Source of the DNA: Eledone cirrhosa
Lineage: Eukaryota
NCBI GenBank assembly: GCA_964016885.1
Contig: OZ024744.1
Span: 16,988,001 to 17,052,000, forward strand
Direction: 5' to 3'
DNA: 64,000 nt
The position numbers were made by a program, and so were the translations under genes. The stretch's first letter is position 1. Each line of letters starts with the position of its first letter. Positions 54,746 through 64,000 of this stretch are shown in pieces. The notes under the pieces were generated by a model. That model was given only the letters and a program-made list of their open reading frames with translations, was not told the origin of the DNA and ran no database searches.

Positions 54746-55410
54746 ATTTCTTTTTTGGCCACAAGGGCTGACATCAAGAAAAACATTACAGACGGCACAG
54801 GACGGTACAGGACGGTACGATGTGTGGGTTTTGTGCGTGTAAATACCTTTATTATTTATATAAGAAAATAAAAAGACATAGAAACATATATATATAAACA
54901 ATAAAAATGAAAATTGAAACAATGAAAAATTCCCCAATAGGGAGGAAACCTCCGAGGGTTACTCGTAGCGAAAACCACACAAAATACCACGGCCACCCTG
55001 ACTACCAGGGCAAGCACCCTCTCTCAATGTTTCCATTTCTCAAACTACAGGCGTATATTTAGAGCGGTCCCGTTCACTCAGACCATTTTCGCTACATTCA
55101 CCCACCTTTCAACAAACTTGCTAGAAGGCAGCACTTGCCTCACCGCCCTGATTTTCCTCTTGAAGTGAAACTTGAAAAAGTTAATTAGGGATTCGCTGAG
55201 AGGAAAGTGTCTCTCTTTAACCCTTTCAACCATTTCCACCACACAATCTATTTCGCCATGGCCACCAGGCAGATGAAAACCGCCTGCCCTTCCTTCTCGA
55301 AGGAAGACGGCGAGACCATCTGTACAATGGACTCAGTTGATAACCGGATCAATCCTACACGCGACAGCAACTGTTCGACATAGCTCCACAAGTTAGCAAT
55401 CCTCGGGCAC
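54746..55410 (-). mobile_element. 3' fragment of a Tx1/L1-like element
   Basis: QCPRIANLWSYVEQLLSRVG..EGQAVFICLVAM. Confidence 0.85.
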
Positions 55411-58400
55411 TGAATTAGTAATTGAAAACCAAACATCTGCTGAAGAACACAGGGAGACTATGAAGGAATTAAAGCAAAAAATACTGAATGAGCTTGCAGT
55501 AGTAAGACATTCTAGTATAAATGATAGAGAACCACTTCAAAAACTCCCAAATACAATCCAAAATAGAAAACGAATAATGATTGGTAATTCTGTGACAAAA
55601 GAAATCATAGAAGAACTATAACCTGATCTTACTGAGTTAAATGAAATCATTTATGCATCTGCTAGAGTAATTGAAACAAGTTGTTTATCACCAAAAAAAC
55701 AAAAAGAGTCGAGCCTTCGAGGTAAACCAATTTGGAGGAGTAGAATCGAAAAGGAGATTGACGTAATGAGAGGAGAAATATCCTTATTGAATGAGTTAAC
55801 CGCTGGAAATGGTATAAGATCCAAGAAGGTAAGAAAGCTAAAGAGAAAATAGTTTCTAGAGAAGCAATAATTTCAACAAAAGAATCTCTGAAACAAAAGG
55901 TCCAAGTAAAAGCACAACAAATTAGTAGATTCGAGAAGCGAAACAACATCTACAGGCAAAATAAGTTGTTCTCATCCAATGCCAAGTCATTTTATAGAGA
56001 AGTAGGGAAGAAAAAAAAAATATTGAAGATAGAAGAAGTTGAAAACTTATGGAGTAAGATTTGGAGTGATGAGATAACATATAATGCTAATGTAGATTGG
56101 ATTAGTCGCCTGGAAAAATCCTACACAAATTTAGAAGAACAGGCGTGGAAAGACATCTCTATAGCGAACCTAAAGACAGCACTCAATAAATCTCATAAAT
56201 GGAAATCTGGTAGAGACAGGGTGCCAAATTTCTGGCTTTCCTCACTTCCGTGCACTCACAATATATTGGTGAAGCTGTTTAATGGAATTATGAAAGATAA
56301 AAAAAACACCTGATTGGATAGCAAGTGGCATTACCTACCTTCTACCAAAGAACAACGGAACCAAAGATCCAAAAACCTATCGGCCCATAACCTGCTTGTC
56401 CACCACTTATAAACTATTAACCTCTATTCTCTTGGAAAAAGCAGACGTGGTTTTGGAGAAGAACAATCTTTTCCCCATTGAACAAAATTGGTGTCGACGA
56501 GCTTCATATGGTTGCAAAGATCAACTTTTGATTAATCGTATGATCCTTGAGAGCTGTCATAATAAACACAGAAATCTCAGTTCTGCATGGATCGATTATA
56601 AAAAAAAACTTTGACAGCATACCACACTCATGGATTCTGAAATCACTGGACATCTTCAAAATCTCACCTGTGATCTCAAACTTCCTGAAACACAATATGT
56701 CATTATTGAACACAAATCTCCAATTGTCTCATTCCACTGGGGTACTGTGCTCTAGGAATATAAACATCAACTGTGGTATATTCCAGGGTGACTCACTTTC
56801 ACCCTTGCTTTTCTGCATAGCTTTAATACCCCTTACATCCGAACTTAATAGAACAGGGTACGGTTATAGAATTGACAACAAAAAAATAAGCCACCTATTT
56901 TATATGGATGATTTGAAGCTATATTGCAAAGATAATGAGGAACTGGAAGGCCTTTTGCGGACAGTAAAAACGTTTAGCGATGACATCAGGATGGAGTTTG
57001 GACTTGACAAGTGTGCAAAAGCCACTTTCAAGAAGGGGAACTCAGACTCAGTTGAATTGGATGCTGAAACAATCATAAAGGAACTTGAGCAGGAACAAAC
57101 CTATAAATATTTAGGGATTAATGAGGGCTCTGGCATACATCATGCAAGTATGAAATAGAGGATAAGGAAAGAATGTTACAGGAGAGTACGTGCACTTCTG
57201 AGATCAGAACTAAACACTCGTAACAAGGTGCTAGCCATAAACTCCTTGGCAGTCCCAGTTGTCACTTATAGCTTCGGTGTGTTGAACTGGAATATGAGTG
57301 GAATCAAAAGAATCGGCACCAAAGTCCGTAAGCTTCTGACCTGTAATAGGATACACCACCCAAAAGCAGATGTAGATCGTATTTACCTTCCTAGAACTCA
57401 AGGAGGCCGTAGCCTGATCCAATTTGAACTTGCTTACAAGACCACCATCATTGGACTGGCCAAATACCTTGAAACAACTAACAACTGTATGCTGAAGCTT
57501 GTTGAAAGGCATGAGAGAAGTAAGAAGCTTCGTTCTATCTTGAAGGAGAGCAAAACATATGTTACTGATCTCATGCTTGATACCCAGGCTGGACAGACTA
57601 AAGAAACTGTTGCAACTGATGCTGTTAGGGACATAAAATCACTGACAAAAGCAAAAGGGCATGACAATTAGCATCAAATTGGGAGCAGAAACCTCTGCAT
57701 GCAAATATGTGGCCCATAGCAAACAAGCTGGTGTTGACCAAAAGCACACCCATCAGTGGCTACGTAGTTCAGGGCTAAAAGCGTAGAGTGAAGGCTTCAT
57801 CTTAGCTGCCCCAGATCAAAGCTAATTGACTCGTAATTACCAGGCCAATGTGATGAGAAACGGAATAAACCCAAAGTGCCGATTCTGCAATGCTGAGGTT
57901 GAAACAGTGGATCACTTAGTCTCTGGATGTAAAGTTTTAGCACCAGTAGAATACAAATATAGACATGACAGAGTTGGCCAATATCTACACTGGGTAATAT
58001 GTCGGAGTTACAAAATCAAAGCTGAAGACAAGTGGTACAATCATCACCCTGAGCCTGTAACTGAAGGAGAAAAAGTAACAATTCTCTGGGACTTTCCTGT
58101 ACATACTGACAGGACCATAAAAGCAAATATACCTGACATCATTGTAAAAGATCAACACAACAAGGTCTGTTTATTGATAGATATGAGCATCCCATGTGAT
58201 CACAATATCGCGGCAAAAGGATTTGACAAGCTACGAAAATATAAAGATCTGCTTATTGAAATTGAGAAAATGTGGCACCTCAAGGCCGTTACAATGCCAG
58301 TGATTCTGGGAGGACTAGGAATGATCGAGAAAGAAACAGAACAATATTTGCGAATGATTCCTGGTTTACGCTCTCTGCACGAGGTGCAAAACATGTTTAG

Positions 58401-58640
58401 ACTGGTACTGCAAATGTATTGAGAAGACCACTATCTCCGTAAAATTGATATCTCTCCTTGTATTTACATATGCATATGCACATGTGTATATATGTATACT
58501 GTTTTTTTTTGTTTTTTTTTTATAATCAATGTACTGTATTAACTGGCTTACCAATGCACAGTGTGAATTTATTTGCCCTAGGTGTCAGGAAGACACTCGG
58601 CATATATCTCAGAAACAATAATGAAAGAAAATAAAAATGA
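55411..58640 (+). mobile_element. R4/Dong-like family C, degraded
   Basis: [40 protein letters not shown]; many frameshifts and stops. Confidence 0.9.
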
Positions 58641-58656
58641 TAATAATAATAATAAT

Positions 58657-61600
58657 GGTTTCTTTATTGGCCACAAGGGCTAACATGAAGAAAAACAGAA
58701 CAGTACAGTGTAAAAAGGGCTATAAAAGACAGAAACGTGTAAAATAAATTAAAATTCAAATAACAAAAATTCCCCAATAAGGGGGAAGCTTTCGAGGGAC
58801 AGTCATGGCGAAAACCACACAAAAGACCACGGCCACCCTGACCACCAGGGCAAGCGCCCTCTCTCAGTTTTCCCACTCCTCAGTCTACAGGCGCATACTC
58901 AGAGCAGGCCCGTTCACGGACCATTCTCGCTACACTCACCCACCTTTCAAAAAACTTACTAGAAGACAGTACTTGCCTCTCCACCCTGATTTTCCTCTTC
59001 AAGTGAAACTTGAAAATGTTAATCAGGGATTGGCCGGAGAGGAAAGTGTCTGTCTTCAACTCTTTCAACCTTGTCCACCACACAATCTCTTGCGTCATGG
59101 CCACCAGGCAGATGAAGACTGCTTGTCCTTCCACTTTAAAGGAGGATGGCGGGACTATCTGCACAATGAACTCAGTCGATAACCGGATCCGTCCTACACG
59201 CGACAGCAACTGTTCGACATAGTTCCACAAGTCAGCAATCCTCGGGCACTGAACGAGTGCGTGAAGAACGGTTTCGTCACCCTGCGCACATCTCAGCTAA
59301 AAGCATCTCCGTGCCTGTGGAGCTTATCCTGAACCGGCAACGCTCCCCAGTAGCACTGCCAGGCTAGGGATTTCTGGAAATTGTCCATAGGTCCGGGGCT
59401 GAGAGTTCTCTTAAAGAGAGCAAACAGCTAATCGTCTTCGACGCCCAGGGTCTCCCCGTGAACGAGGTTGTTCTTCCCCTCCACTAGCCCTTTATAGAAC
59501 GCCAAGGTGGATGTTCCACCGATATCAGTGCGCAGCTGGTAGAGACCGGTCAGCGCCTGGAGACATTCCAGCTTCCAAGCGCTATCCCTTGGTCTTTTTC
59601 TGATCCAGGACTGAGCTCTATCAAGGAGACGAGCTGGGGAAAAGCGTGTCTGGCAAACAGCGACCACACCTGTTCACCGCCAAAGAAGCACCAGAGATGT
59701 TGCAGCCTGAGCGTATGTTTGCGCATCATTAGCCACGGCACACTCAGTGCTCCAAGCAACGGATGCTGACAGCAGATGGATCCTTTGACCATGGGAACAC
59801 GTCCCTCCACAAAAAGCGGAAGAGAAAGCGCTACATTTTGGTCAGAGTTGGACGGGGTAGGGTACGACGGTCAGGCGGTAGCAGATGACGGACGCCATGT
59901 ACGCATTGGCCACCTCCGCTTGACCTTTCAGAGACAGCCTTCTCTCAACCAATTTCTGGGTGAGAGAAGCCACCCTGCTCGTCACCTCGCTCTAGTTTTT
60001 CTCCCTCTGGAGGTCCGGACCGAACCAGACCCCGAGCAATTTAACCGGTCCCTCCGTCCAGTGCCCCACGACGCTGTCGGACGACATGGACTTGCCTCTC
60101 TAGGTGCCGAGTTGCAAACATACCGACTTTTCCTGATTTATCTTTGCTCCTGTCACCACTTCGGAATCCTTGAGAGTGGGGCCGAGCATCTGGATATGTT
60201 TGGTACTGGACACCACCGCGGTCACGTCGTCGGCGTAAGCTGACACGGATCTTCCGCATCCCAGTTCGTGAGGTACCTACTTATGGTCTCCAATTTGTGC
60301 AGTAATGGCTCGAGGGTCAGTACGTACAAGAGGGACGAGAGGGGACAATCTTGGCGGACCGAGTGCATGATGCTGAACGGCTGGTACAGGTGACCATTCA
60401 CCCTCACAATCGAGCAGATGTCGCTGTGCATCGCAGCGATCCAGCCTCTAAAGCCGGGTCCGAAGCCGGCTGCCTCGAGGACTGCAGCCAGATACCGATG
60501 GTCGACCCTATCAAATGCTTTAGATTGATCCAAGTTGATCAGAGCCCCACCCATGCCAGGTTCCTCAACCACCCTCACTATGATGTATCGCATGAGATGG
60601 AGGTTTTCGTGGATGGATCTGTCTGGAATGGCACATGTCTGCGTGTCTCCCACCAGATTACCGACGACAAGCGCCAATCTCTGCTAACAGCTTGGCCAAA
60701 ATCTTGAACTCTGCGTTTAGCAGAGTTATGGGCCTGAAGTTGTCTATAACGTCCTCCTTGTTCGCGTCTTTTCTCAGCAGTGCCACCGCTCCCCGGCTCA
60801 TAAAACTGGGAATGCTCCCGTTCTGCTGCCAGTTGCCGTAGATATCTGCCAAGAGGTCGCCGAACAAGTCTGTAATGTACGCATAAATCTCGTAGGGCAG
60901 ACCATCCAAACCTGGCGATTTACCCCTCGAGCAGTCAGACATCGTTTGCCGTATTTCACCTGCTGTTATCGGCTCTTCGCAGCACTGCACTGCGGCCGTC
61001 GAGAGCCGCGACAGTCCGTCGAGGTATGTACCGAAGTCCATACAGCGATCCGGCCCATCGCCGCTCCCGAACAATTGAGCAAAGTGCTGTTGAAAAGTCG
61101 CATACATCTGCTCGTGTTCTAGCAACATGCGCCCATTTTGATCAGGCAAAGCCCAAATTGTGGACTTGTCACCACGTCGCGCCTCCACCACCCGGGCCCA
61201 TTGAACGGCTTTCGTTCCCTCGTGTCTTAGAGCACGCGCTCTAGCTCTGACAACGTAGCCTTCACGCTTTGCGTTGAAGAATTGGTCGAGTGCCAAATCT
61301 CGCCGCAAGCACGTCGGTTGTGATACCTGTCCTAAACGCCTCTTCTAGCTTTCTAACTAACTCTCCCTCTACTCTATTTTCCTCTATCATTACTCCTTTG
61401 CTAAACCTTATCGATTCTACTTTAATAACCCTTTTAAGGGTAAACCACCACCTGTTGTTGACGATCGCACCCGTCAAAGCACGCTTAACTTATTCACTAA
61501 TCCGGTTTCTGTAAGCTTTGCGCGCCGGGAACGACGCGTTCAGCTTCCAGTAACCGGGGTCCGTGTAGTCGGCTACTTTAAATTGTGGACAACCTACACT

Positions 61601-64000
61601 AGCCTTATCTGTTTCCCTACAGAATACCCTATCTAAATACGATCTGGATAACCCGATGCGGTTTGCCCATGTCCACATTGGCACATTCGGATAATTCAGT
61701 CTATACGTGTCAGACAGATCAAAACGTCTGAGCAGGTTGTTGAGGCTTTTACACCCTCCTGCCCTGTCTACTAGGCCCACATTATCCCAGCGTGCATCTA
61801 AGATACCGTTCCAGTCGCTCACTAACACTAAAGAGCGGGACGTTCCAAGAAAGGTCTCTAGACGTCTGAAGAAATCTGTCCGTCCTGCTCCTGTTGGGGC
61901 GTAGACGGCTACTAGGTTGAAAGCATTGCCTTCGTTGCGGGTCACGTCCAGCACCACCGACTTACCTTACGGGCCCAAGAATGGCGAGATCCAAGCCTCT
62001 CTGGAAAAGCACGGCAACCCATCCCCCGATCCTGGACGGCTGGGAGATGTATATACATCGTAGCCGCCGAAGATCGGTGCGAAGGCTCGTGCTTCGGAGA
62101 TTCTGGTCTCGCTGATGGACACCACATCTATGTTTAGTGACCTGAGGTCGTTGAGCAGGTGACCCTGCTTCCAAGATGACCCCAGGCCACGTACATTTAT
62201 ACATCCTATTCTAAGTACGGCCATGTTGAATGAGAAACGGGGTAAGTAAGAAAGGATCACTTACCTTGATCGTGTGGTGAAGGGACAGTAGAAGCGTCCC
62301 TTTGGCTGGTCATGGGTGTTTCCAAGAGGATGTCGGTGTATATCCTCTTGGTAACCGACACTCTGAAGTCTCCAACTGCGTTGGAGACCTTTTGTTTTAA
62401 AAGTTTGGAATGTTCTATTCATATTTCAATTATGCTTATGTTTGTCGGGAGAGGTGTTGGTGGGGTGTAGTAGTTTTTCTGTGATGTCTGTGTGCTGCTT
62501 TATATGTTGTAGGAGTTCTTTATTTGCCATGTGTATTGGCTGTGTACTTTTTGTGGGGGAGGGGGGTATTGTGTTGCTGTTTTCTTTTTGTTGCTGTTGG
62601 GTGTGTAATTTGTTGTGTTTGCAATGTTGATATTTTTAGTGATACTGGTGGTGGTGTGGTTGTTGTTGGTGGTGATGCCTGTGGTGGTGATGGTGGGATG
62701 GTGGGATGGTGGTGGCGTTGTTGCAAGTTTCCTTGCAGCCTTTACCCCTCTCCGTTTACCTTCGATTTTAGAGAGTGAAGCTAAGGGGTCTTTCCTTTTT
62801 TGTTTTTTTGTGGCAGACCGTTTGCCTCTTCCCTCCCGCCTCATACTCCATATCGAATTCCGTGGCGTCTGGGAGGGGTATGAACTCCACTGCTGTTGGT
62901 GGTGGTAGTGGAGCCCGCTCCGGCGATATTGCCGCCGGTGTAGCTACTGCGACTGTTGGTGTTGCCGCCACTGCTGCCGCTGTTGTCCCTGGCCTTGGAA
63001 TAAGTGCCACGGACGTTGCCCTCCTATTCACCATGGAAGGGTTTTCTCCCGCTGTTGCCTGCCCCGCTCTTGGTAGCAGCGGATCCGGCGTCGAAAGGGG
63101 GGAGTGCTCTTCTTGGCTGTCTTCTGCGGGCAGAAGGCCCTAAGGTGACCCTTCTGTCCACAGAGATAGCACTTTAGGCACCTTCCCTCCACGCTTATAG
63201 GGAGTTGGAGTCCTTCCTCGACCTCTATGATATCGGGGACAGCGTCGATACATTCTTGGTCAGATTGTATAAGCATTTGCATGCCTATACCTGACCAGTT
63301 CTCTCTCCCTATTTTCTCTACTTGCAGAGAAAATAAGGAGAGAGAACTGTCCTCGATTCCAGCAAGGACAGACGCGGCCAGCCAGGGTATGGGCAGGTCG
63401 GGTGGGACCTGGGTCACTTTTACCCTCATAATTTTCTGTCCGCAGTAGGAGGGCACCAAGACTATCTCCTCACTCTTTAGGGTTTCCAAAGCGTGAGACT
63501 TCGCTTCTTGGGGGGTGGCGAAAAGTACGTCTATTGTGGCGTACTTTCTGCCTCGGGTGATGTGGGTTTTGCGTGTCCAGACGCATCTCAAGGCCTTTTG
63601 GATTTGAGCCTCCGTGGCGCTCTACACCTGATGTGAAATTTTGCTTACGGTGCGGTAAGTCACCGTGCGCAGCTGTGGTCTTTGAAGAAATCGGGTGGAG
63701 GTTTCAGGGAAACTCTATTGTCGTTTCTCGACACCATGGCTCTTTCCACTGCCATCTCCTCCTCCGTGACTAACACTGTCTCTATATTTCGGGCCACACC
63801 TGCGAAAGAAGTGGCCCCTCTTTCAGCGGCACCATTATTGTTGCCGCTATTGGTCTTGTTGTTGGTGCTGTTGCTGTTGCTACTGCTAAAACGGTGTTGT
63901 TGGTGTTGTTGCTGTTATCACTTTTGAAGTTGGTTGTGTTTTTGGTGCCACCGTTGTTGTTGTTTCGGTGCAATTTGTATTGTTGCTGTTGGTGTTGTCG
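58657..64000 (-). mobile_element. Tx1/L1-like LINE, family 2 (5' end runs off the window)
   Basis: ORF2 from ATG 62224 (MAVLRIGCINVRGL) to ~58885 with APE and RT motifs; ORF1 with CYLCGQKGHLRAFC; frameshifted. Confidence 0.95.

Overview
Eukaryotic, AT-rich DNA made almost entirely of repeats, with no confidently identifiable host gene. The tRNA/Nin-domain SINE and the microsatellite load suggest a coleoid cephalopod such as octopus (inference). 1-2830 is a 39/42-bp minisatellite. 3-37 kb is a (TA)n-rich zone of Penelope-like elements (mostly Naiad-type RT + GIY-YIG), non-autonomous Helitrons and CRE/CR1/RTE fragments, with at least 12 hammerhead-ribozyme motifs read by eye. 37.5-64 kb is a nearly uninterrupted array of non-LTR retrotransposons separated by (AAT)n spacers: R4/Dong-like RLE elements always on +, Tx1/L1-like APE elements and a Nin-SINE always on -. 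Main leads: (i) the SINE 3' tail matches the Tx1 3' end, pointing to a SINE-Tx1 pair that shares the (AAT)n niche with R4/Dong; (ii) a Naiad hammerhead with a variant CAGAAGA core that is also carried by Helitrons; (iii) in-frame TAA stops shared between copies inside the endonuclease domains of two unrelated retroelement families; (iv) a hairpin-masked consensus 5' splice site on the ORF1 stop of two Tx1 families. All coordinates were read by eye and may be off by a few bases.
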